Source: Tubulanus polymorphus (Eukaryota; Animalia; Nemertea). From it: DNA of 64,000 nt. How positions within the stretch are numbered: the stretch's first letter is position 1; each line of letters opens with the position of its first letter. Location: the NCBI RefSeq assembly GCF_964204645.1, contig NC_134031.1:14991807-15055806 (forward strand). The letters are read 5' to 3'. The translations under genes were made by a program, and so were the position numbers. Positions 13,001 through 24,546 of the stretch are shown piece by piece. The notes under the pieces are model-generated. The model worked only from the letters and a program-made list of their open reading frames with translations. It did not search any database and had not been told where the DNA came from.

Positions 13001-14940
13001 AACTTTTTCCAAAAGAATGACTGCTGGAAACCCTGTGAAGAATTTAGATTTACCTTAGCCGTGAGTAGTACCGACATGTACGACAAGACTGCTGGCAGTT
13101 TCATGATTGAGAACAGTTGTCTATAAGTAACCATCACGTTCTGTAATATACTACCTTTTATTTCTTCATCAGTTTTCTCATGTTTAAATATCCAAACTAA
13201 GGACGTCGACAAAATGAAAATAATTCCCCAGAAAAATAGAAAACCTAAAAATAAATAAATTAAACAATCAAATTGGAATTGTTATATTGGATCCAGTTCC
13301 ACGCATTCGTGAGTTAAAATCTTTGATTACTAATCTTTCAAATTTCAAGTTAAACTTCAAATTACAAACTGTGGATTTGGATCCTGAACTGTGGAACTGA
13401 GTAGAGAACTGTGGAACTGAGTACAGAACTGTGGAACTAAATCCAGAACAGTGAAACTGAGTCCAGAACTGTGAAACTAAGTGCAGAACAGTGGAACTGG
13501 ATCCTGAACTGTGGAACTGAGTACAGGACCCAGTTGGACCACAGTTGTGAGTTAGAGTTAACTCTGAGTTAAAATTAGTTCATTTTCAATGAGTTAAATC
13601 AGGGTCAAATCTTAATTCCGAACTGTGGAACTGGACCCTGAAATGTGGAACTGGGTATCAAACTGTGGAACTGAGTACAGAACCGTGGAACTGAGTCCAG
13701 AACTGCGGACCGGAGTCCAGAACTGGGGAACTAAGCGCAGAACTGTGGAACTGGATCCTGAACTGTGGAACTGGGTATCAAACTGTGGAACTGAGTACAG
13801 AACAGTGGAACTGAGTCCAGAACTGGGGAACTAAGCGCAGAACTATGGAATTGGATCCTGAACTGTGAAACTGAGTACAGAACTGTGGAACTGAGTATCG
13901 AACTGTGGAACTGAGTATCGAACTGTGGAACTGAGTATCGAACTGTGGAACTGAGTATCGAACTGTGGAACTGAGTACAGAACTATGGAACTGTGTTGTG
14001 TATCTGTGATATCTAGAGACTTACTTGAGAATGTTATGACTCCATCTTTCTGCGGAACCGAACGAAGGTAAGCGTTACAAAAATCAGGAGATTCCAAAGC
14101 AAGAAATACAATATTTCCCAAACTATAACCAACTGTTTGTCCTATAGTGTTACACGTAGAAGCCCATCCTACATTCTTCCTGAAATACAATAGAAACTCT
14201 GAACACAGTAAATACATCCCCTCAACTCCCAAATCCATAATAATACCACATTTCAAACTTAACTGGGTGTGAATGGCTGCATTTTAGACTGCTGCCCAGT
14301 GAGGGGTAACATACCTGGATAACATAGTCAGCGCCCAACCATCGACAGCAATATCCTGAGTCGCAGCCAGAAAATACAGCGAAAAAAACACTATAGTCAA
14401 CAATAAAACGTTCACCTCTCCGCCATCTTTATCATCGCCTAGCAACTCGGTAATATGACCGGACATTACGAGCATGAATATACCCATCAGATACTGGACC
14501 GGAATCAACCATGTTTTACGCTTACCGAACCGCGGTAAAAAAACAGCGTCAACAATCGGCGCCCATAGCAACTTTAAACTGAAAGGCCAGAATATAAAAC
14601 TGAACATCGCTTGCTGTTTATAACTGACTTTGCGACTCTGTAAGATGAGCGGGATGCTCCCGGAGAGACCGAGGGGAATCCCCTGTAACACGTAGAGGAA
14701 CAATAAAACGGCTACGTTCGTGTAGTCACCCTTTAAACCCATCCAGCCGTCCTTATTCCTGTCCTCCTCGGCGTCATCGTTCTCGTCCTGCGAGTCGTCA
14801 CGGCGACTGGACCCCGTGTACGATATGTGTAACGGTACATGTGGAAAATTCAACTCCGAATCCATCTCAATATTTTCGTCGGGGAAATTGCTGAATTGCG
14901 GAGACTTTCTCGATTTTGACCGGCGCGCTTGAACTGGCAT
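10040..14940 (-). CDS. SLC33A1: Acetyl-coenzyme A transporter 1 (MFS, AT-1)
   Basis: Exons 14940-14315, 14179-14025, 13244-13054, 12477-12293, 11394-11274, 11149-11041, 10965-10859, 10234-10040. Motifs LFLYVLQGIPLGL, WPFSLKLLWAPIVD, ATQDIAVDGWALTML, DPAIGGTYMTMLNTVSNLGGNWP, DGYYIES. Confidence 0.95.
11528..11816. mobile_element. piggyBac-type MITE (TTAA target, CCCTTTCAGTGC TIR), copy 1 of 6
   Basis: TTAA|CCCTTTCAGTGC ... GCACTGAAAGTG|TTAA; internal TACACCGC..GCGGTGTA palindromes shared by all copies. Confidence 0.85.
11917..12020. mobile_element. ~105-bp Harbinger/Tourist-like MITE (GGATCCAGTTCCACAG TIR, TAA TSD)
   Basis: TAA|GGATCCAGTTCCACAG ... CTGTGGAACTGGGCC|TAA; related copies at about 13526-13637, 44159-44263, 46159-46253 and 58812-58862. 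Confidence 0.75.
12077..12229. mobile_element. pogo/Tigger-like (Tc1-mariner) MITE, TA target
   Basis: TA|TAGTGGAACCTCGTTA ... TAACGAGGTTCAACTG|TA; second copy at 54466-54627. Confidence 0.7.
13370..13992. repeat. 20-bp satellite (GAACTGTGGAACTGAGTACA) with an embedded MITE, in SLC33A1 intron
   Basis: 20-nt periodicity; source of ORF 13625..13834 and the tail of 13843..14256. Confidence 0.92.
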
Positions 14941-15036
14941 CGTAGATTTCGCTGTGGCGCCCCCTGGCGTCGTGTTTAAGTGCTGAAAATACGCGAGAAC
15001 TTATTGTGGATTGTAATGATAATCTGATTAATGATG

Positions 15037-15780
15037 AGGCGCTTTTACGAAAATGAATCCGATTCGGTTAAGCTAAATCCGATTCGATGGCGGAAAACGA
15101 AAGGATTAGTAAATCCATAGAACTATAATCGAACGAGAAGGCCAGTAATCATGTGTTTTGTTCAGCGCCCTCACCAGTGGCGATAAACAATAGATGTTGT
15201 AGACTGGTTGCCGGTCTCTATTCTTAATCTAGCGTTTTTTATTGATTTTTTTAAGTCTTAATACCAAATCTTGAAAAACGGTAATGTTCAATGCTCGCAG
15301 AGATTAATATAATCGAAAATATTTTCGAGAACCTATTGTTTATCGCCAACGGTGAGGGCGCTGATCGATTTCGAAGATAGCAAAGGCAAATGTATAGTGA
15401 CATCACGGAGTTGGCCTTCCCGTTCGCTTATAGTTCTATGGTAAATCGAATCCTTTTTCGTAAATGATTCAACAAATCAATTTATCAATTTAAAGGTCGC
15501 GATTCAAGAGAAAATGGGCGTCAATGGTGAATGAATTATTGATAGATGAAGGTCTGCGATAGATGTCTTTAGCCCGCGGTTGAAGAGGACGCCATGTTGA
15601 ATTTCACTGACTAAATTGCCACTAACTTGCTCGCCGAGCAAGTTAGTCGATTCAATAAATCAATTTACTAAACCGTTTCCATAAACTTGTTGATTTACTA
15701 AATTGGATTCACTAAACTGTGTGTGCCGTAAACGTGAAACTTTAATCGATGTACAAAGATTCAGTTTCGTAAAAGCGCCT
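15037..15780. mobile_element. TIR element (AGGCGCTTTTACGAAA) containing a nested MITE
   Basis: AGGCGCTTTTACGAAA at 15037 and TTTCGTAAAAGCGCCT ending at 15780. Confidence 0.65.
15115..15441. mobile_element. MITE with CCATAGAACTATAA TIR and duplicated target (TAAAT, or GTAAATC if the TIR starts at CATAG)
   Basis: CCATAGAACTATAATCGAACGAGAAGGCCA / TGGCCTTCCCGTTCGCTTATAGTTCTATGG; internal inverted CAGCGCCCTCACC..GGTGAGGGCGCTG. Confidence 0.8.
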
Positions 15781-16250
15781 ATAATCACACATGATTTATA
15801 ACATATGTTGTGATTCCTGCACAGGGAAGCGAGTATCACCGGGACAGGTTTTCAGCACATTTAATCGGTTTTCTGCAGCTCCTCCAGAAATGGTGAAATC
15901 CCAAACGGACCTAGATGATAAATAGAGTTGACATAAATCCTGCTAAATGGTTAAAACTTACTCGATTGGTTAATTAACGGAATTAATCGAGTTTTAATGG
16001 AAAGATTGTAAGGCAACGTCAGCGTCTATCAACAACTACCAGCTGGTGCTGCCATCTACAGCGCAATCGGGAACGACACGGTTCGATTCTCGAATAAATT
16101 GAATCAAACAAAAACAAACTGAATTTCAATTTAGACTCTCTCATCTTGTATATCTTTTTAAGTTAATTGCATAACTAACGATCTCAGACTGTATTTAGCA
16201 TAACCTAAACCTTCCCGCTTCCCAGATTCCCCACCAGCGAGCACTTGTTC

Positions 16251-16293
16251 ACTTCCGGAATCCCCGGTTCCCTGGTTACTGTTTACGGAAGTG
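16251..16293. promoter_or_regulatory. Putative bidirectional SLC33A1/CYB5D1 promoter core: ETS sites, RFX X-box-like site, forkhead site
   Basis: ACTTCCGG 16251-16258, GTTCCCTGGTTAC 16267-16279, TGTTTAC 16280-16286, CGGAAGTG 16286-16293, about 50-95 nt upstream of the CYB5D1 ATG. Confidence 0.5.
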
Positions 16294-16344
16294 AAGCTGA
16301 TTTTTGACAGTTTTGACTAGGATTTCGTTCACAAATATCAGATA

Positions 16345-18190
16345 ATGGGTCGCGCCAAGTATTTCACACCTCTAGAAGTGTCGATACACAACACGATCGA
16401 TGATCTGTGGGTTTCATTTTTGGGAAAAGTTTATGATTTGACGACTTTGTGTCAGAAATCAAGAGGTAAAAACTGCAACAATTCAATTCAATTTAAAAAA
16501 AAGTTGATGATTGTTTCTGTACTCATCAATTTCTCATTGTAACTCATTTCAGGGGATGTTTTATTGAAACCGATTCTGAACTCGGCTGGAAAAGATATTT
16601 CACATTGGTTCAATCCGAAACTGAAAGATGTAAGTCACAAGCAAAGCCTCAATAATAATGAATGCAACTCAACTCCAGTCTGTGTCAATGCGAGCCTGAC
16701 CAAGAATAAAAGATTTAACAGAGTATTCTACTAGATACCACCTTTTAAGAAACAGGTGGTATAGGCCTGTAAATCATTGATTTTGGGCCTCAGACCAAAT
16801 GTGATGCAGTGGCAAATAGCGTTTTTTTCTTTCTTTAATGTTACTATGTTTTTGATGAAATTGCCGCAGCAATACAAGAACCTATCAAAAATCGGCAATT
16901 GCTTCCAACGATTAAGTTTCCTTCCTCAATTCACCACCAGGCAGGACACAAACTGTGCGCATTGATGGGATCTCGGTATTGGTACAAACTCAATTGTTTA
17001 TTTTCTAATTTATAGATTCGAACGCATGTCGACCCGGTAACAGGCTGCGTGATACCCTATACTCCGCACGGCAGGTTCGTTCATATTCCACCTCCATGCC
17101 CGCGGTCCGATTGGGCAAATGATTTCGGACGTCCATGGTGGAAAGATGATTCATACATGGTCGGAATTCTGTCCAAGAAAACCAGATTCATAAACATTGT
17201 GAACACTTTGACTTCTCAGGATCAAGTTATCGAGGTAATTACTTATTTCCACAGTTCAGTATCCAGTTCCACAGTTCAGGGCACAGTTACGCAGTCCAGC
17301 ACCTGGTTCAACAGTTCTGGATCCAGTTCCACAGTTCTGATTCCAGTAGCACAGTTCTGGATCCAGTTCCACAGTTCGGGATCCAGTTCCTGTTCTGGAC
17401 CCAGTTCCACAGTTCTCAGCTGCACCCACTTCCAGTCCAGCACCTGGTTCCACAGACCCAGTTCCACAGTTCTGGATCCAGTTCCACAGTTCTGAATCCA
17501 GTTCATAAGTCCAGGATCTGGTCCTACAGTTAAAATCCAACTCAAGTTGAAATATTTGAGAGTCAAACTCAATCAAGAACTGTGGAGACGGATCCAACAT
17601 AAGTCTTCACTGTATTAACCCTTTCAGTGCATCTACACCGCAGTGCGGTGTACGAATCAGTGATGGATTTTGCTAGTACACTGCACTGCGGTGTATTGAT
17701 GTAATTAGTAATTACTAATTATCTCTCTTGAAAGATGGCAGCACCTGTCAAACATAGTGAAATATTAGTAACTAACGATACACCGCGCCGCGGTGTAGAC
17801 GCACTAGTGGTATTCCCGTTATTCAACACACTAGGGTGGAATTTTTAAAAATTTTCAAATTATCTCCAGCACTATAGGGTATTAATTAGCCAGCACTGAA
17901 AGGGTTAACTAGATCCGTTTTGATGACAGGTTATTATTATATGTGTGTTTAATTCGTAGGTTTGTTCCGAGGAAACGATCAATGAAATATTGACGCGATA
18001 TTTAATCTATAACGCTCACGCCGCGAGTTACACGTGGAAATTCGACGGAGTCGTTTTAGATATGGATAAAACTCTCGAGGAAAACGGAATCATCGACGAA
18101 GACGAACAGTTTTACGAGTTACGAATCGACGATCGAGAATTCAGACAAACTATTCACCTTTATTATAACGACGACCTCACCGAAGCCTAG
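16345..18190 (+). CDS. CYB5D1: Cytochrome b5 domain-containing protein 1
   Basis: Exons 16345-16465, 16553-16629, 17016-17234, 17960-18190. [68 protein letters not shown]. Confidence 0.95.
17245..17520 (+). repeat. 20-bp satellite (CCAGTTCCACAGTTCTGGAT) in CYB5D1 intron 3
   Basis: Same family as 13370-13992; explains ORFs 17256..17600 and 17276..17572. Confidence 0.9.
17615..17908. mobile_element. piggyBac-type MITE, copy 2
   Basis: TTAA|CCCTTTCAGTGC ... GCACTGAAAGGG|TTAA, perfect TIR and TSD. Confidence 0.88.
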
Positions 18191-19003
18191 AGATAAAAGC
18201 GCGCGCACGCGGAGGATTAGAGGCGAAAAATATCGAAAATTATTCTTTTGAATTTGAACGTTCTAACGAGAATTCTGTTTATCAAAACTTATACCGTCGA
18301 TTTCGATTAAATTTTGTTGATTTTTCATTTCTCTACGATAAATCTATGGAAACTTGATTTTTTGTATTCTATTTCTTTTTTTTTCGTTGTAAATAAATAA
18401 ATTCATGTAAAAAGATTGAAAATAATGATAAAGTTTTCACAGTTAAACGCAAACGACTTTCCGAGTCTTCGTTTTATACAATTAAATTATCTTATCTACT
18501 AAGGAGACTTGATTATCAGAGGGCCAGTCAGGTATTGAAGTCACCCCCCATCCCCCCCCCCCGCCCGAAGGTCACCTGGGGCCGGTTCTAGTCTATAGTC
18601 TAGTACCATCTTAGTTCTTGAGCCAATCTAATAATTATTAAAGACTAGTATTAAGATTTAAGACCTCTTTTGGACTTAGATCTTGACTATGGAGCTAGCC
18701 CCTGGCTTACAACCCCCAAAATGATATTGTGAGAAGATTCGTAGAGGAGCCGTGTTAACCGCATTTAGAAAAAATAAAACGAGACGAGTAGTAAAAGCTC
18801 ATTCACCTGATGAAGCTATTATACATAAGTAGCAAAATCTCGTGCTTCAAATAAATAGTTAACCTATATAGTACTACTCGTTTTGTTGTATTTATTCAAA
18901 ATAAAATTGTGAAACCATTCCACGCATCAATTGCAGCTGCAATTTTTTAAATCATTTCAAATTTTTCTACATGCAATTTTATTTCGAATAAATACCGAGC
19001 AGT

Positions 19004-22000
19004 TTAAAATCGATAGTTCAAATAGAATATATCTTCGACGAGGCATTGAATGATCTTTCGTTTATCTCTGACGATATTCCGGTGATCGAGAATCACTTGC
19101 TGTAAATCTTCGTTCAGAATATTCAAATTCTCCGAATAATTAACTGAAAATAGAACGATCATAGCATTGAAACCCGCTTTATGAGGGGGAGCTAAACTGG
19201 GTCTATTTTTTTTTTAAAAACTTACATTTATTTTTACTACACATGATGAACACGGTCCAAACAGAACCGGCAAATAGATCTTTCGGTTTCGGAAATTCGT
19301 GTTCCAGGTATAAAAGTTTCGCCAGAAAAGCATAGGCATATCTGTAGAGAGCCTGTAAAGCAGAACAGTTATATAGGGACGATTCATTTATTGCACTTTA
19401 AGTTTTAGAATTTGGGTTTTTCAACCCACCTCCCCCTGTACGCCAAATCGGTCATTTTTTCATTTTTAAGCATTACAGTACGCAATTGCACTTAAACCCC
19501 TCCCTTCCCACTCCCCTAATGTGCACTTAATAACTGAATGACACCATAACTTAAAACCTTGGTAACAGTTTTAAAGACTAGATTTTACTTTAACCCGACT
19601 TCAGCTCTACTAGGCTATTAGTCACTAACCCTTGAGTTCAGGTTTTCTTTTAACCTCCTCAACCCGCTAAGTGCCACGCAGGGCATTATAAGCGGGTTCG
19701 ATGTTTCTTTTTCCCAATGGGGGAGAGACCAGAGAAGAACCTTCGACCAAGAAACTCTGTCGCCACCAGGGTTTGAACCCATAAACCCCGGATTGACGAG
19801 ACCAGTGACCGGCGGCTTAAACCACTCGGCCACTGCACCTCTCGTTGTTCAGGTAAAAAGATTGGATCCAGTTCGCCAGGTTTGAGATCGAAAATGAGCT
19901 AATTTTAACTCACACTCAAAACTGCAATTGGATCGTGATTTCTAAAACTGGACCTTGAATTCAAATCGAATAGATAAACATACCAGTAGTTGAGGATAGG
20001 CCCTAGATCCAGTTCCACAAAATTATCATAAACTGAAATATCATGAAACTGTATCCAGGGGTCAAAGTTCAAAAACACTGGGTTACCTGGAACCAGTTAC
20101 TAATAGTAACGCAGCGAACGTCTGGCTTCACTTCAATCGACTGATACAAGTTTAAATCGACGACGCCGGATTCAGAGTGAAATAAACACGCGACTAGCGT
20201 TACAAACTCATCCTCGCTTAAACATAGGTACCTGCCCCAGTTCAACTTCAGAAAATACCGCAATAAATAACAAATAAATCCGTTCCAGCGACCGAACCGA
20301 TTGAAATAGTCTCCTTTAAAACCTGGAAAAACACGAAATAACAGTTAAATAGCATTTTAATGAATGAAATTGATTTTTTTGTTAACCCATTCACTGCAAT
20401 GCGGTGTATAAATCATTGATTGACTTTGCTAGTACACCGCACTGCGTGTACACCAAAATCTTTAATAAAAGATGGCAGCACCTGTCAAACACACCAGTTG
20501 AATTTAAGTAACTAACAATACACCGCGCCATGGTGTAGCCGCATTATTTACAGCTGATGCCTGTTATTTGATGCACTGGGCTGGAGTTTTTCAAACATTT
20601 TCAAATTATCTCCAGCACTTTAGGGTATAAATTAGTCAGCACCGAAAGGGTTAACATAAAACAATTCATTGATTTCATTAGGAGAAATGTTTTCTGTCTT
20701 CAAAATAGAGAAGATTTGGCTAATCGATATTTCTCAATCGACCGCGAGGTTCAACCTACCCGGAGATTCTTGATGCGTTAGTATTTGTTGTAGCATTTTT
20801 AAATTCTGCCACACCCGATCTGGTTGTATATAGTCAGCGGTTCGTATCGTGGCTCCATCCGGTAAACATTGAGCAGCTTCGATCTAAAACCAAAATGCAA
20901 AAGTTTGGTTTTAAAAATTCTCTAAACATTTCTTGCACAGGCTGCATTCTAAGTCAGGCCTTTTGGAACTGGAGAAAATCTGTCCAACTTGAGAATGATA
21001 CCGTGCAGTAGGATGGTATATTTGAGTACAATCAGTAGTGATGGAATGACTCGGGTTTTAGTTTTACTATCAGATAAGCTATGCAGTTTTCATTAACCAT
21101 AGGTTAAGTTCAAGCTACTTTTGACAGCAACTGACCCCAGACCATCTGACCCCAGACCAAATGACCCCAGACCAACTGACCCTAGTCCAATTGACCCTAG
21201 ACCAAATAACCCTAGATCAACTGCAACCCCAGACAAACTGACCCCAGACCAACTGGCCCCAGACCAATTGACCCTAGATCAACTCACCCAGAGACCAACT
21301 ACTGATCTAGCCCAGACTCACCTCAGTAGTCTGCATTTGTTCTTGCGGAGTCCTGCCATATTCTATCACTACATTCTCATCAACGGGTAACACTATTCTA
21401 TAGATGAAACTGCGTAAGTCCGATAGAACAGATTCGATACACGGGTGTCCGATACTCATATCTTCGATTAACATTCGATGCCAATAGAAATTATTATGCA
21501 TCGCTAGAACGTTACTGGGTAACGATCCGTTAGACACGCATTCCACGAGATAGTCCGTTAAATGTCCTGCTTTTAGTGAACGATATTCCGTCGTCGATTG
21601 AGTTGATTTCAACGAGTAGAAATCTCGAGAATGATCAATAGCGAGTTTTAAACGTTCGTTTTCGAGCTGAAACGAGATAAAAGAGAAATTTGGATGGGAT
21701 AACTAATGACTAATCTCAAATAGTAGCCGTAGTCAGGTCTATCCCTCCCTAGTCAGTAACTTGTCGGGTTTAGTTTCAGGAACCGATATTTTCATGCCAT
21801 TGATTGTGAACTGAAGTCAATAAGAAAGTATTTTCAACCCTTTTTCAAACCTTGTCATCCCTAACGTTGGTATAAGCCCATCCGCATTATAAAAGCATAC
21901 CACCAACGATTAGGTAACAAAATAACCCCCTCCCGTACCCTCTGTAAAACGAGAATTTGGCAAAATTGAACACTCAGGAAGACGACAAAATAAGATACTG

Positions 22001-23389
22001 GTAGAAATTTACAAAGTGGAAAATGAGTCCGACGCACTCCAGCGGACAGAACCAGATATAAACAGAATTTTTAGCATTTCTGTCATTTTCCAATGCAATT
22101 CAATAAATTTAGTCTATAGTACCTAGCTGTCGTTACCCAAACAAGGAACCCGTAACAACGACTGGTATTCAGACTAGATTCAATTCTATCTGTACAAGTT
22201 ATACTTTTTTGCAATCCTTCATTTACAATGAAGAGTGGATAAAAAAAGCGATGATTTATCCGGACTGCACAACTCTGCTGATGTGAGGTATGCACACCCA
22301 AAATTAAGAGAAATATCCCAAAAAGATCATGGACAATCAAAAATAAATAGACTTTAGCTGGATACATCTTGCGACGAGTCGGAAGGCGTCGGGTTGCCGC
22401 ACCCATTTCGCAGGCCATTTCGCCTAAGATGTTTTTTATCGGGTATGTACATGTACTACCAAAACTGACTGAGCTAGGCCGCTTGATGTGCTCTGAAGTC
22501 GAGTTGAAATAGACATTAAGAGTAAAAAAGCCTAGGCGATACGTACGAGCTCAGAGTGCATTAAATGATGATTCTCGAGCGCGCGATGTCTGACTATCCA
22601 TCCGGCGAGTTCTCCGAAACTAGCGTTCGTTCGTAAACCGAGTTTATCTCTGACGGACGACGTTAAAACCGGTTTCGTAAAATCGTTACCCGCGACGATC
22701 GCGAACTCGATCAACTGTTCGTGATCCCGAAACTAAAATGAAACAAAGTATTCAATCTTTCATTTAAAAATTGATCAAACATTCGCAAACATCGTTTACT
22801 ACTTAACCCTTTCAGTGCGTCTACACGGTGTATTGATTTAATTTGTAATTACTAATTATCTCTCTTGAAAGATGGCAGCACCTGTCAAACATAGTTAAAT
22901 ATTAGTAACTAACGATACACCGCACCACTGTGTAGACGCACTATAGTGCTATTCCCGTTATTCAACACACTAGGGTGGAATTTTTCAGAATTTTCAAATT
23001 ATCTTCAACACTATAGGGTATTAATTAGCCAGCACTGAAAGGGTTAATACTACTTACTACTCAATTATAAAGTTCTACGTATGGTTTTTAAACTTATAAA
23101 CAGTATTGCGCCATTTCACCTACAAGAATATCGTTGTACCGACCTACTAGATCTCTTCGATCAGCTCAAAACAATACCAGTTTCACTGTTCCTAAACGCT
23201 TTGCGACTCTAGGGCTTTTAGGTTTTATGCACCCACTCTACGGCATTCTCTTCCCCGGTCAATAAGGAAATGCCCATCAGTAATTAATTGTTTCATGAAT
23301 CCGATCTCAAAACTTATCTTTTTAGATTAACTATTTTTTCTGATCGCGTGCTTTGTTTGTTTTAAAATATCTTTTAGAGAGATTATTTT

Positions 23390-23442
<53 letters not shown>

Positions 23443-24546
23443 GGCGGTGTGGCCGAGCGGTTAGTGTTCGACTCTGGGAAGCCAGGTCGTGGGTTCGAAC
23501 CCCGTACATTGCCATAGTGTCCTCGGACAAGACACTTATCCGTATTGCCTCTCTCCACCCAGGAGTAAATGGGTACCTGGCCTGATAGCTGACTCCTGAG
23601 CATTTGTTAGCAGCTCGGTGTTACTTCTCCCCAGGGAGAGATGACTGATACATGTTAGAGTATAAAATTGGCCGGGGTAATAATATCGAAAAATGTAAAG
23701 CGCTCTGAGCAGCCTGGCTGGATTTAGCGCTATATAAGATACATATTATTATTATATAAATAAATGAATTATTATCTGATCATTATTACCGGTACTTACC
23801 CCTAATAACCGCTGTACGGCTGTAACCCTGATGACACCAGCTAACAATCGTGTCGGTTTCTCCGAGTAAATTGTCCTCTCGCCGAGTTGTAAATCGTTTT
23901 CCAAATCGAATAACTTCAACGGAATGAAAACCGAATCGCGAAACAGAAAGAAATCGGAATCGTTGCTTAAAACGGCGAAGGCTTTCGGTCGCCGGGTTAG
24001 ATCGCGCGCCAGAATCGAATCGGCTTCCTCGGCGATGCAGTGCACCATCTCGACGCGTAACCGTAGCAACGATTCGAATATTTGAATCTCCAAACAGACG
24101 GGTCGAATGTTGACGTGCGCCGCGAGTGTCAGAACGTCTGTCGAGCCGGAGCAGACGTTTAAAATCGTTCCCAATTTATCTAGATCGTCGCGGTGACGCG
24201 AACGCCATGTGTCCAGTTTCAAGTCCGTTTGACGGCGATTCACGCCTTTACCCGCATCGACATAAAACACCGGATGTACTCCGATCCGACGCAAATCCTC
24301 GACTAACTTCGTCACGAAATGATGAAGTATTTCATATTCGCCGCCCGCAAAACGCAGATACGCATTACCGCCGGTCGCCGCAGTTAGGCTCTTCCAGAAC
24401 AGGTCGACGATGTGGTGTTGAAACGCGTAGTAATCGACGAGAATCTCGATTCCGTGGTTCTCTCGAGATTTCTCGACTAAATCGATAAATTCTACGGTTT
24501 TGTGTCGATTTTGTAGAACGTACGACATCAGACCTCGAACACCCAT
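19004..24546 (-). CDS. Asteroid/FAM120-like protein with N-terminal FEN1/XPG-type PIN domain (uncharacterised)
   Basis: Exons 24546-23800, 22732-22547, 21666-21322, 20883-20760, 20322-20087, 19352-19226, 19143-19004 join in frame. Motifs MGVRGL, LVD, FYVDAG, EEAD, SNDSDF and H3TH-like AGNDF. Confidence 0.8.
19620..19841 (-). mobile_element. tRNA-derived SINE-like element
   Basis: Minus strand has A box GTGGCCGAGTGG and B box GGTTCAAACCC followed by a non-tRNA body; no clean cloverleaf. Confidence 0.6.
20382..20654. mobile_element. piggyBac-type MITE, copy 3 (diverged)
   Basis: TTAACCCATTCACTGC ... GCACCGAAAGGGTTAA with shared internal AAGATGGCAGCACCTGTCAAAC. Confidence 0.8.
21128..21317. 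repeat. 15-bp minisatellite (GACCCCAGACCAACT)
   Basis: About 12 copies directly after a donor site of the PIN-domain gene. Confidence 0.9.
22110..22176. repeat. Short dispersed repeat with TAGTC..GACTA ends
   Basis: GGAACCCGTAACAACGACTGGTATTCAGACTA recurs at about 26667-26725, 26965-27013 and inverted at 27038-27100. Confidence 0.7.
22803..23047. mobile_element. piggyBac-type MITE, copy 4 (internal deletion)
   Basis: Perfect TTAA/CCCTTTCAGTGC ends; lacks the segment between the first two palindromes. Confidence 0.87.
23396..23440. repeat. (TA)n microsatellite
   Basis: About 22 TA units immediately 5' of the SINE. Confidence 0.98.
23441..23755 (+). mobile_element. Apparently full-length tRNA-derived SINE with L2/CR1-type tail
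   Basis: A box TGGCCGAGCGG, B box GGTTCGAACCC, central GTGTCCTCGGACAAGACAC..CACCCAGGAGTAAATGGGTACC, tail TGTAAAGCGC..GCGCTATATAA..(ATT)n. Confidence 0.82.

Noticed and set aside
13625-13834. Repetitive ORFs (ELDPELWNW type), also 17256..17600, 17276..17572, 21121..21390 and 59590..59894
   Set aside because: Translations of intronic minisatellites.
1029-18190. LPCAT3, SLC33A1 and a cytochrome b5 domain gene as a lipid/acyl-CoA gene cluster
   Set aside because: CYB5D1 is ciliary rather than a desaturase partner, and adjacency alone in an animal genome does not support a functional cluster.
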